DNA of 24,000 nucleotides from contig DASQBT010000130.1 of the NCBI GenBank assembly GCA_035635075.1, forward strand, positions 20,873 to 44,872, read 5' to 3'. Source of the DNA: Thiobacillaceae bacterium (GTDB taxonomy: Bacteria > Pseudomonadota > Gammaproteobacteria > Burkholderiales > Thiobacillaceae). Every line of letters begins with the position of its first letter. Positions within the stretch are counted from its first letter, which is position 1. The translations under genes and the position numbers were made by a program. Of the stretch, positions 1 to 8,163 are shown piece by piece. Below the pieces are notes generated by a model, which worked only from the letters and a program-made list of their open reading frames with translations, was not told the origin of the DNA and made no database searches.

Positions 1-110
1 GCTTGGGAGCGGTGCAGAAAAATGGTGACGCTGGCGATCGTGATATGGGTGAGGCCCAAAGTCACCACCAAATAGGCCCACCAGGGGAGCGTCAAAAGGG
101 ATAAGTGCAT
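1..110 (-). CDS. Partial CDS (first 36 codons; continues past the left window edge): membrane fatty-acid desaturase-like protein
   Basis: Too short for the ORF track. My reverse-complement translation from ATG 110..108 gives MHLSLLTLPWWAYLVVTLGLTHITIASVTIFLHRSQA-. This is a hydrophobic helix running into what looks like the start of an HRxxxH-type first histidine box of membrane desaturases. AAGGA (123..119) lies 8 nt upstream of the ATG. The family call rests only on my recollection of this short N-terminal motif. Confidence 0.45.
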   Translation of the reverse strand, partial: MHLSLLTLPWWAYLVVTLGLTHITIASVTIFLHRSQ

Positions 111-153
111 GCAGGATGTCCTTGATAATCAGACAATAATTTAGACTTACATG

Positions 154-1476
154 TTATGCGCAAGCAGGCTCGGGGTCAAGAACGCCAGGCGGCATGGTGC
201 CGGGCCTGAGATGAATGTCGCGCTGCGGGAAGGGGATCTCAATGCCCGCGCTTTTGAATTGGCGCCAAATCTCCCAGTTGAGCTCCGAACGCAGGTTGAG
301 TTGACCCGCTTCCGCATCCCGAATCCAGAAGGCCAGTTCCAGGTTGATGCCGTTATCGCCAAAATCCTTCAGCAGCACCTTGGGCGTTTCGGCCGGATTG
401 TCCATGGCAACCCGGTTATGGCCCTGGGCGACGTCCAGCAAAATCTGCCTTGCCTGGTCGAGGTTGGTGTCGTAGGCAACCTGGATGGGCAGGCCTACTC
501 GGATATCGGGCTTGCTAAGCGAGTGATTAACCACCGAGGTGGTGATCAGCAGCTCGTTCGGCACGATGGTTTCGGTGCCGTCTAGGCCCTTGAGCAACGT
601 ATAACGGGTGCTGATCTCGGAAACTTGGCCGTAATAGCGTGTGTCCACGGTTACCAGGTCGCCTATGCGCACGGACCGGTCGAGCAGGATGATGAACCCT
701 GACACATAGTTGCTGGCAATTTTCTGCAGACCGAAGCCCAACCCCACTCCCAGTGCCCCGCCAAATACCGACAGCACCGTGAGATCGATGCCCACTGCAG
801 GCAGAGCCACCAGCACCGCCAGCACCAGGAGGAAGGTGCGCAAGGCCTTGGACAAGGCCAGACGCAGGCTCAGATCCATGTGCGGCATGCCCATTAATCG
901 ACTTTCAATGAACTGTGCCACCCATAGCGCGGCGATCACGGCAAAGACAATTGTGGTAGCTGCCTGAAACAGAAGCAGCAGCGAGAAACGGTGACTACCT
1001 GCTTCGAAAGACAAGGCTTCGAGCGCGCGATGGATACGCGGCAACAGACCGGTGACATGCAGAGCGAAACCACCCCAGATGATCCAGGCGACGAAACGCT
1101 CCCAGCTCCTTAGCCGTTCGCTGGGCTTGAAAACGTAGCGCAGCGCATAGATCAACGCGCGAATCAGGACCAACGCGAGGAGGAGTGGTACAACGACATT
1201 CAGCAGGTGGCGCTCGGGTTGCCAGATCCCGATAATTTCTCGTGCGATGATCACGCCCAACAAAACCAGCAGCGGAAAGCCGATACGCCGCAACGTCGCG
1301 CGTCCGGTTTCCCAGGCGTCGTCCTCCCTGTGCAGGTAGGGTTGAATCAGGCGCATCAAAAACCAGGACAGACCTACGCACAGCGCCAACGCACCCACTT
1401 GCCACATAAGGGGAATATTGTGGCTGTCCTCGATCAAGAGGGTGACCAGATTAGTGAATTCGGTTTGGGTTTGCAT
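154..1476 (-). CDS. Mechanosensitive ion channel, MscS family
   Basis: ORF track 154..1491. The N-terminal half has multiple TM segments. The C-terminal half carries the MscS pore/beta-domain region (GFIILLDRSVRIGDLVTVDTRYYGQVSEISTRYTLLKGLDGTETIVPNELL). I moved the start to ATG 1476 (MQTQTEF) because the GTG at 1491 lies inside the stem of the hairpin downstream of the FadL-family gene. The start remains uncertain. Confidence 0.85.
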   Translation of the reverse strand: MQTQTEFTNLVTLLIEDSHNIPLMWQVGALALCVGLSWFLMRLIQPYLHREDDAWETGRATLRRIGFPLLVLLGVIIAREIIGIWQPERHLLNVVVPLLLALVLIRALIYALRYVFKPSERLRSWERFVAWIIWGGFALHVTGLLPRIHRALEALSFEAGSHRFSLLLLFQAATTIVFAVIAALWVAQFIESRLMGMPHMDLSLRLALSKALRTFLLVLAVLVALPAVGIDLTVLSVFGGALGVGLGFGLQKIASNYVSGFIILLDRSVRIGDLVTVDTRYYGQVSEISTRYTLLKGLDGTETIVPNELLITTSVVNHSLSKPDIRVGLPIQVAYDTNLDQARQILLDVAQGHNRVAMDNPAETPKVLLKDFGDNGINLELAFWIRDAEAGQLNLRSELNWEIWRQFKSAGIEIPFPQRDIHLRPGTMPPGVLDPEPACA

Positions 1477-1505
1477 AAAAGAAAACAGCACGGCTATCCG
1501 TGCTG
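1477..1505 (-). terminator. Rho-independent terminator-like hairpin after the FadL-family gene
   Basis: Read on the minus strand: CAGCACGG-ATAG-CCGTGCTG, a perfect 8-bp stem with a 4-nt loop (1505..1486), followed directly by TTTTCTTTT (1485..1477). The hairpin starts about 25 nt after the stop codon at 1530..1532. Confidence 0.6.
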
Positions 1506-1529
1506 CTGATTATACCGGGCTGGAACAGA

Positions 1530-2750
1530 TCAGAAGGTGTGGGTGTACTGGGCGCTCAGGATGTCCACATGGAACTTGTAACTCCCAGGCAAGGGCACGG
1601 CAAGACTCGTGTTCTGCGCAAGGCTGGGATCCTTTATGAATAGATGTGCATAGCCCACATCGATCACGTCCTTCTTGCTGGCCTGATAACCCATGCCCAG
1701 CGCAACCCAGGTGCGGTCGTTATCCGGAATCCGCGGAGTACGATAAGCATCGGGAACCGGGGACTGGTCATAGGCGAGCCCGCCCCGCAGCTTCAGTGTG
1801 TCGTTGAGCTTGTAGGTTGCACCCACGGAAAAGCGCCAAGTGTCGTCCCAGTTTTCCGTGGTGGATGTAAGCGTGGTGCCGGTGGTACGGACGATGGTGA
1901 GCTTATCAAATACGCTCCAGGCGGTGTAACTGATGTCGCCCAGCAAGGTCAGGTCCGGGCTGATTTGTTTGACGATACTCAAGGATGCAATATCAGGTAA
2001 GGTAAGATCGGCCGTTATTGGGGTATTCGCTAAAGGCGAGCCGGCAAATGTGGCATCGCCTTCCAACTTGTGCTTAATACGGGAACGGTAAGAAAAGCCT
2101 ATACGAGTGTTGCTGTCCAATTCATACAAGAGTCCAGCGTTAGCGCCTATACCCCAGTCGTCAGCTTTGACCGTTCCTGCACCAGCGGAGGCGCCGCCAT
2201 AGAGCGGAGGTACGAAATTGGAAAGTTCTGCCTTGGCGTAATCAATGCTGACCCCTATGCCTACCGAGAGCTGATCGCCAAACCGGGTCGCCAGGCTGGG
2301 ATTAATGTTGATCGTCTTGAGGTCGGATTTAAGGGCGGAGAATTGCCCCACCCAGCCTATGTCATAGTCGGTTTTCAGCCCGAACGGCGCGTTCACACCC
2401 AGACCAAAACGGGTCGCTGGGGACAAGGCCATGACGTAGTAGAAATTGGGCACCGCGGACAAACTGCCCGCATCCCCTCCATCGTTGGTCTCAGGATTGC
2501 CGTCGGAGTATTTCGCGCTAGGAAGAATAAGATGCAGTGCGGCTGCCACCTGCCGGTTGGGCAGTGTGGTCATGCCCGCCGGATTGAAGAATACCGTGCT
2601 GGCATCTTCCGCCGACGCCGCGGCGCCGGCAAAGGCATTGCCCAGCCCGCTGGCGCTTTGCTCGATCAAGGCGAAGCCGGACGCGAAGGTCGCCCCAGGC
2701 AGGCCGGCGATGACAAGAATTGCGAGCTGCTTGATGTGGAATGATTTCAT
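1530..2750 (-). CDS. Outer-membrane hydrophobic-compound / long-chain fatty acid transporter, FadL/TodX/OmpP1 family
   Basis: ORF track 1530..2810. Start trimmed to ATG 2750 (MKSFHIKQLAILVIAGLPGATFA|SGF, a signal peptide) with AAGGAG immediately upstream (2760..2755). The family N-terminal motif is present (FALIEQSASGLGNAFAGAAA...FFNPAGM). The C-terminus ends in aromatic YTHTF, typical of beta-barrel OMPs. Confidence 0.85.
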   Translation of the reverse strand: MKSFHIKQLAILVIAGLPGATFASGFALIEQSASGLGNAFAGAAASAEDASTVFFNPAGMTTLPNRQVAAALHLILPSAKYSDGNPETNDGGDAGSLSAVPNFYYVMALSPATRFGLGVNAPFGLKTDYDIGWVGQFSALKSDLKTININPSLATRFGDQLSVGIGVSIDYAKAELSNFVPPLYGGASAGAGTVKADDWGIGANAGLLYELDSNTRIGFSYRSRIKHKLEGDATFAGSPLANTPITADLTLPDIASLSIVKQISPDLTLLGDISYTAWSVFDKLTIVRTTGTTLTSTTENWDDTWRFSVGATYKLNDTLKLRGGLAYDQSPVPDAYRTPRIPDNDRTWVALGMGYQASKKDVIDVGYAHLFIKDPSLAQNTSLAVPLPGSYKFHVDILSAQYTHTF

Positions 2751-2948
2751 AATTCTCCTTGGATCGCGTCGGTCGCGGTGGTCGATGTAGAGCTCAATAG
2801 CGGCGGGCACAATTCTGCCCGTTCCCGGTTCAATCGCAGGACATGCAAAATCAATAACGGATCAAACGTCAGATTATTGAGGCGATCCGGCCAGCGAGCA
2901 TCCCAGGCCGGCTGCGCCTGGGCAGCTCAAGGTGCAAGTTTGGGCGCC

Positions 2949-4766
2949 TTAATAGCCGGACAAATTCTTGTACATGGCCTCGATGGCTTCTTGGTATTTT
3001 TCTTGTAGTTGCTTGCGCTTCATCTTCAGGGTGGGGGTGAGCAGGCCATTTTCCACCGTCCAGGGTTCCAGGGTCGGATACAGTCTGCGCACCTGCGCAT
3101 AGCCCGGAAACCCCTTGAGTCTTTCCGCAATTCTCGCAAGCAGAGCTTTATTTACCCGGCTGTCAGCCAACGCATCAGCGCGGTACGAATTGATGTTCTG
3201 CTCCTCGCAGAACGAGTGCCAGTGTTCCTCATTCAGCACGGCCACGCAGGCCAGACAGGGCCTGCTCTCGCCGACTATCATGACCTGTGCAAACAGGGGA
3301 TCAAGGGCAATGGCGGCTTCCATGTCTCCGGGCGACGCCTTTTCGCCGTTGTTGAGGACGATAATATCCTTGATGCGGCCGACAATATACAGATAGCCTT
3401 GCTCGTCCATCCGCGCCAAATCGCCCGTGCGCAGCCAGCCGGCGCCATCAATGACGGCCATCGTGGCCTCCGGGTTGTCCCAGTAGCCGCGCATGACGCA
3501 GCGGCTGCGGCTGAGCAGTTCATTGTTTGCATCGATCTTGATTTCGACACCGGGCAAGGCCTTGCCGATGCTGGCTGGCTTGTTGGATCCGGGGCGATTG
3601 ACAGAGACAACCGGGCTGGCTTCCGTCAGCCCGTAGCCCTGATACACCGGTACCCCCAAGCCGACAAACATCCGCGCGATATCAGGGGATAGGGCAGCGC
3701 CCCCGGAAACGGCCACCTTCAGTTTGCCGCCCAATTTCTCCACGATGTCGTCCGCGACCAGCCTCTTTAACAATGGCCAGGCAAGCAGCTTGGGGTGCCA
3801 GGCCGCCCTTCCCTGTGCGTGTTCAAAATGGTGCCAACCCACTTCTACTGCGGACTGAAAAATCCTCTGGGCAAGCGCGCCCTTCTTGGCAAGCGCATCC
3901 TGGATACGGGCATAGACCCGCTCATAGATGCGCGGAACCGAAACCAGCACGGTGGGCTGTATGACCTGCAGGTCCTGGCTCAACAGCGCTATGGAGCGGG
4001 CAAATACGACCTCGCTTCCCAACAGCATCGGCAGGTAATATCCCGCCGTGCGCTCCAGCGTGTGGGAAAGCGGCAAGAAAGAAAGAAAAATCTCGTCCGG
4101 TGCAAAATCGAGGCATAGGCTCGCATACCAAGCGTTCCAGAGCATGTTGTCGTGAGTAAGCATAACTCCCTTTGGCTTTCCGGTCGTGCCCGACGTATAT
4201 ACGATGGATGCAAGCATGTCCGGAGTGAGCCGACGTTGCGGGATCGCGATGCCCGCGGCGGCATTCAGCCAATCATCGGCCAGGACAAATTTAGGGTTCC
4301 AGTCAGCCAGGCGTTCAGGCGACAACAGGCTGATGACGCGCTCCAGCCTGTGCGAGGTGGAGACAATTTCCGCGACCTTGCGGTGCTGGAAACGGCCCTC
4401 GACCAGCAGCAATCTGGCTCCCGCGTTGTCTATAATCCAGGCCGCGCTGTCGGGTCGATCATCCAGATAGAGCGGCACGGTTACAAGGCCAAGACTCAAC
4501 GCGGCCTGATCGAAGATGATCCACTCCACGCAATTCTTCAGCATGACCGCCACGCGGTCGCCGGGTGCCAGGCCTTCTTTTACCAGCGCGGCCTGCCAGC
4601 GGGTAACCTCCCGGCTGACCTGCCCCCAGGACCACGACGTCCAGGTTTGTGTGGCGGGATCAAATTGGCGATAGGCGGCCTTGTCTGGAGCGCTGGCAAC
4701 CCTTGCCTGAAAAAGCCCGTTCAGGGTGGCGACGCGATCCGGCTGAATGGGAGTGTTAGCGGGCAT
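2949..4766 (-). CDS. Long-chain fatty acid--CoA ligase (AMP-forming acyl-CoA synthetase, ~600-aa type)
   Basis: AMP-binding signature YTSGTTGKPKGVMLTH, plus GYGLTE and TGDLARMDEQGYLYIVGRIKD motifs. The ORF-track start at 4778 is a TTG, so I use the ATG at 4766 (MPANTP). No clear Shine-Dalgarno sequence precedes either start. Confidence 0.85.
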   Translation of the reverse strand: MPANTPIQPDRVATLNGLFQARVASAPDKAAYRQFDPATQTWTSWSWGQVSREVTRWQAALVKEGLAPGDRVAVMLKNCVEWIIFDQAALSLGLVTVPLYLDDRPDSAAWIIDNAGARLLLVEGRFQHRKVAEIVSTSHRLERVISLLSPERLADWNPKFVLADDWLNAAAGIAIPQRRLTPDMLASIVYTSGTTGKPKGVMLTHDNMLWNAWYASLCLDFAPDEIFLSFLPLSHTLERTAGYYLPMLLGSEVVFARSIALLSQDLQVIQPTVLVSVPRIYERVYARIQDALAKKGALAQRIFQSAVEVGWHHFEHAQGRAAWHPKLLAWPLLKRLVADDIVEKLGGKLKVAVSGGAALSPDIARMFVGLGVPVYQGYGLTEASPVVSVNRPGSNKPASIGKALPGVEIKIDANNELLSRSRCVMRGYWDNPEATMAVIDGAGWLRTGDLARMDEQGYLYIVGRIKDIIVLNNGEKASPGDMEAAIALDPLFAQVMIVGESRPCLACVAVLNEEHWHSFCEEQNINSYRADALADSRVNKALLARIAERLKGFPGYAQVRRLYPTLEPWTVENGLLTPTLKMKRKQLQEKYQEAIEAMYKNLSGY

Positions 4767-4832
4767 CGTGCAATTCAATCACGTTGAATATTGATTGCCT
4801 AGCAAACATCCTGATCAAGGCGCCCCAATCGG

Positions 4833-6095
4833 TCAGCGCTGCTTTTCCAGAATGGCCGCGAAGAAACCATCGGTGTGATGCCGAACCGGGTCCATTTCCA
4901 GATATTCGCCCATCGTCAAGGGGATGCGCTGGGAGGCGAGCAACTCGCCGGCTGGCAAAAGCCGGAATTCGGGATGTTCGTTCAGGAAGTCCTCCACAAT
5001 GGCCTGGTTTTCCGCCCACAGGAGGCTGCAGGTGGCGTACACGAGGCGTCCGCCGGGCTTGAGGAGTCTTGCCGCGGCCCTGATCAGGCTGGCCTGTTTC
5101 CGGTTCAGTTCATCTACGCTGTCCGGGCTGTGCCGGTACTTGAGATCCGGGTTGCGGCGCACCGTGCCCAAGCCTGAGCAGGGCGCATCCACCAGTACCC
5201 GGTCCAATTTTGCCGCCAAGCGCTTGAGCCGGCTGTCCTGCTCACTGGTGATTAGTTGCGGCGTGACGTTGGACAGGCCGGAACGTTTGAGCCGGGGGGA
5301 CAACTTGGCGAGACGCTTTTCATTGACATCGAAAGCATACAGCCGTCCGCTGGAGGCCATGAGCGCGCCCAAGGCAAGGGTCTTGCCGCCCGCCCCTGCG
5401 CACAGGTCTGCCACCATTTCACCACGCCGCGCACCGAGCAGAACCGGGATCAACTGGCTGCCCTCATCCTGCACTTCGATGGCGCCGGATTTGAACAGGC
5501 TCAGCCTGGCCAGATCCGGATGGCCGGTGAGGCGTATGCCTGTCGGGGAATAGGGCGTGGGAGTTGCTTTCAGTCCAAGTTTCTCCAGTTCAGCCAATAC
5601 TGCTTCACGGCTGGACTTAAGCGTGTTGACGCGCAGATCCAGGGCAGCCGGGTTTTGCATGGCGCGGCCCAATTCCAGGATTCGTTCCGCGCTGCGCTGG
5701 GTATGGAGCGCGTCCACTACCCAGTCAGGCCACTCAGCCCGGACTGCCAGCGGGGGGGCGGAAGGCGCCGCTGCCTTGAGACCGGCCAGCGTTTCGCCTT
5801 CACCCTTTTTCATCGCAGGCTCCAGTTCCCGGATGCTCATGCCGCTAATCTTGACAAGCCAGAGCAACAATAGCAGACGGGGACTGGCATTGGGACTCTG
5901 CCATTGCAGGCTGCGCAGATGGCGCAGCACGCCGAAGATGCTGTCGGCCATGAAGGCACGCTGGTCCCGTCCCAGCGTCGGGTTGCGGCGAAAATGGCTG
6001 GAGAGCAGACTGTCTGCCGGGGCTGCGAAGGTGAGCACGTCTCCCAACAGGACGCTGGTTTCGCGCAGCAGTGGGGGCGTAAACTTTAAAGGCAT
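4833..6095 (-). CDS. RsmB/NOP2/Sun-family SAM-dependent RNA (cytosine-C5) methyltransferase
   Basis: Catalytic motifs are present: VLVDAPCSGLGTVRRNPDLKY (motif IV Cys) and LVYATCSL (motif VI Cys). SAM-binding region DLCAGAGGKT. The size (420 aa) is typical for the family. Confidence 0.85.
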   Translation of the reverse strand: MPLKFTPPLLRETSVLLGDVLTFAAPADSLLSSHFRRNPTLGRDQRAFMADSIFGVLRHLRSLQWQSPNASPRLLLLLWLVKISGMSIRELEPAMKKGEGETLAGLKAAAPSAPPLAVRAEWPDWVVDALHTQRSAERILELGRAMQNPAALDLRVNTLKSSREAVLAELEKLGLKATPTPYSPTGIRLTGHPDLARLSLFKSGAIEVQDEGSQLIPVLLGARRGEMVADLCAGAGGKTLALGALMASSGRLYAFDVNEKRLAKLSPRLKRSGLSNVTPQLITSEQDSRLKRLAAKLDRVLVDAPCSGLGTVRRNPDLKYRHSPDSVDELNRKQASLIRAAARLLKPGGRLVYATCSLLWAENQAIVEDFLNEHPEFRLLPAGELLASQRIPLTMGEYLEMDPVRHHTDGFFAAILEKQR

Positions 6096-6107
6096 GAGAG
6101 ACCAAGC

Positions 6108-6527
6108 ATGAAGATGTCGCTGTACCGCGGCGATGAGATTTTACGCGAACCTCGCTATCTTCCCGCGCCGACTTACAACCTGGCCCACACGCTGCGGACC
6201 CGCTCAAGCGGCTGTGTCTTTGTGCCCGTCCGCACCATGCAGTACCTGGCGATCATCGATGCGGAAGAAATCGTGTTTGTCGATCGCGAGGTGTCCCAGC
6301 TGATTCAACTGGCCTGGCAGCATTTTCGGCCGCAGGCACGGACTGCGCTGGATGAACGGGTGCCCTATGAAGTAGCGTACTACGTGCCCAATGCGCTGCA
6401 GCTCATGGCTCGTTTGCAAGTCGAGTTTCCGCGCGCCCTGCACCTGCTGTCCGAGAAAAGCCGCTCGCAAGAACGGGCCGTGGTTCTGGATTTGAACACC
6501 CTGTCTTCCCATCCCAAGGAAGATTAG
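6108..6527 (+). CDS. Hypothetical protein (139 aa), family not recognised
   Basis: Open frame with no TM segments or signal peptide. Tightly packed between real genes. Alternative starts at 6114 and 6237. No motif that I recognise. Confidence 0.5.
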   Translation: MKMSLYRGDEILREPRYLPAPTYNLAHTLRTRSSGCVFVPVRTMQYLAIIDAEEIVFVDREVSQLIQLAWQHFRPQARTALDERVPYEVAYYVPNALQLMARLQVEFPRALHLLSEKSRSQERAVVLDLNTLSSHPKED

Positions 6528-6820
6528 TCGTCGTCCCCGAGCTCTGGATTCCAACCCTTTTGCCTGGCGACAGCGGTGGCTCGGGCGTAGATGTCGGTAT
6601 GCCGCAGCTTGAGTTCGGGTGGCAGTCGGCTTGGCAGATTGCCGTACTTGTCCCACTCAATCTCGACCTTTTCCATCAGCGTTTGCATCCGTCCCAGATC
6701 CCAGCCTGCGCAGTCCTCGGTTTCGGGGATGATGCCGAACAGCCAGCCATCCAGAACGATGCGGCCCAATTGGGTCATGCCATGCTTGTCGTTGCGAAAG
6801 CCGACGTACTTTTCTTTCAT
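6524..6820 (-). CDS. Hypothetical small cytoplasmic protein (98 aa), translationally coupled to psiE
   Basis: The start ATG 6820..6818 overlaps the psiE stop in ATGA (plus-strand tcat, 6817..6820). The C-terminus is acidic (ELGDDD). The C-terminal module EIEWDKYGNLP...GWNPELG recurs in ORF 7895..8113. Confidence 0.65.
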   Translation of the reverse strand: MKEKYVGFRNDKHGMTQLGRIVLDGWLFGIIPETEDCAGWDLGRMQTLMEKVEIEWDKYGNLPSRLPPELKLRHTDIYARATAVARQKGWNPELGDDD

Positions 6821-7212
6821 TCGTTGTCCTTGTACGGCATCCGGGTTTGGCCATAGCGCAGCAGCAGCGCGCTGAGGGTCAGCATGAGAATGGCGCCGGT
6901 AATTGCGATAAGGGTAAGCTTGTCCATTTCCTTCATGCCCAGGACAATATAGCGGGTCAAGGCCACAATCGCGATATAAATGGGGTAGCGCACCGGCAGC
7001 TTGCCTTCCTTGTAGTACAGCCCCAGCATCGTGATGATTTCAAGATAGAGAAACAGCAGCAGCAGGTCCGACAAGCTGACTCTGCCGACCTCGAACATGG
7101 TCCTTACTTCACTAAATCCTGCTGCTAGCGTTGCGGCGAGTATGAGAAGCAGGCCGAGATTTTCGACCCATTGAAGGAGGGACAAGGCAATCCGGTTGTG
7201 TTGTTGCAGCAT
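6817..7212 (-). CDS. psiE: Phosphate-starvation-inducible protein PsiE family membrane protein (131 aa)
   Basis: ORF track 6817..7359. Start trimmed to ATG 7212 (MLQQHNRIAL), which gives the usual ~135-aa size and clears the upstream gene. The core FLYLEIITMLGLYYKEGKLPVRYPIYIAIVALTRYIVL aligns with E. coli PsiE [39 protein letters not shown] (from memory). Confidence 0.75.
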   Translation of the reverse strand: MLQQHNRIALSLLQWVENLGLLLILAATLAAGFSEVRTMFEVGRVSLSDLLLLFLYLEIITMLGLYYKEGKLPVRYPIYIAIVALTRYIVLGMKEMDKLTLIAITGAILMLTLSALLLRYGQTRMPYKDNE

Positions 7213-7258
7213 TGTGCCCTTTCGATTCTGCTCAATAGATTCTAGCCGATCAGCTGGC

Positions 7259-7795
7259 TCAAAACCGACGCGGCTCCAGCGAAGCATCCAGATTGAGGCC
7301 ATCGCACAACAGCAGGAACTCCTCGCGCAGCGCAACCAGGGAAGACCCGGGAGGCACACCCACGGTCATGTGCACGGCAAACATGGGGCTGCCGGTGTGT
7401 GGGGCCGGGTAGGTGTCGGTGGAAAGGTCCTCGATGTTGATCCCGCGCTGGGCGAAGAAACCGGACAGATTCTTGACGATGCCTGGATGATCCAGTGCGA
7501 CTACCTCCACTTCATAGGGCAGGGTGGTTTGCGGATTTCGCATCTGGGTGCGCCTCGCGGTCAGGCTCAAACCGAGGGACTCGCCCAGGCCGGGAAGGGA
7601 ATGCTCCAGGGCGGCAACGCTAGCGGAATCTCCGGAAACCAGCACCACCAGGGCAAAGGAGCCGCCCAGCACCGCCATGCGGGATTCCTCGATGTTGCAG
7701 CCGGAGTCGGTCACCTGGCTGGAGAAGCGATCCACCAATCCCACCTTGTCCTCGCCAGATGCGGTAATGACCAGAAACGCCGGGTTGGGAATCAT
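7259..7795 (-). CDS. gcvR: Glycine cleavage system regulator GcvR-like protein (tandem ACT domains)
   Basis: The N-terminus FLVITASGEDKVGLVDRFSSQVTDSGCNIEESRMAVLGGSFALVVLVSG matches the E. coli GcvR pattern LVITALGADRPGIV...GCNIEDSRLAMLGEEF. A second ACT-like repeat follows (VVALDHPGIVKNLSGFFAQRGINIEDL). GGAG lies 6 nt upstream of the ATG. Confidence 0.75.
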   Translation of the reverse strand: MIPNPAFLVITASGEDKVGLVDRFSSQVTDSGCNIEESRMAVLGGSFALVVLVSGDSASVAALEHSLPGLGESLGLSLTARRTQMRNPQTTLPYEVEVVALDHPGIVKNLSGFFAQRGINIEDLSTDTYPAPHTGSPMFAVHMTVGVPPGSSLVALREEFLLLCDGLNLDASLEPRRF

Positions 7796-7894
7796 GCGTG
7801 GCTCCAGTATCTAGATTTCTGCCATTTTAGCCGGTTAACCCGGCATAGGCGTCAAGCGGACAGATGATGAGTCACGACGCAAGGTCTGCTAGGC

Positions 7895-8113
7895 CTATTT
7901 CGTGCCGGGTGAAATCAGGTAAACAGACCTTGGTAATTCATGCTCGCCCAGTCCGGGATTCCAGCCCGTTGACCCGGCAGAATCAGTGGCTTCGGCACGC
8001 GGTTTCTGGTGGCACTGGCCAAAGGGGGGGCAGTTCGGCAGCTTACCGTAATTGTCCCATTCCACTTCCGCCTTCCATCCGTATCTGCGTGCGGCCGGCA
8101 TGTCCAGGAACAC
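7895..8113 (-). CDS. Short paralog, or N-terminally truncated remnant, of the 98-aa protein at 6524..6820
   Basis: ORF MFLDMPAARRYGWKAEVEWDNYGKLPNCPPFGQCH...STGWNPGLGEHE aligns with ...MEKVEIEWDKYGNLPSRLPPELKLRH...QKGWNPELGDDD. DNA similarity is also visible (ggcagcttaccgtaattgtcccattc vs ggcagattgccgtacttgtcccactc). Candidate starts are GTG 8113 or ATG 8101. An in-frame TAA at 8131..8129 excludes a longer N-terminus. Confidence 0.35.
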   Translation of the reverse strand: MFLDMPAARRYGWKAEVEWDNYGKLPNCPPFGQCHQKPRAEATDSAGSTGWNPGLGEHELPRSVYLISPGTK

Positions 8114-8163
8114 CGCCAGGAATGGAGCTTATGTCGGCCCGGGTTCGCCGTGCCCCACCCGAT

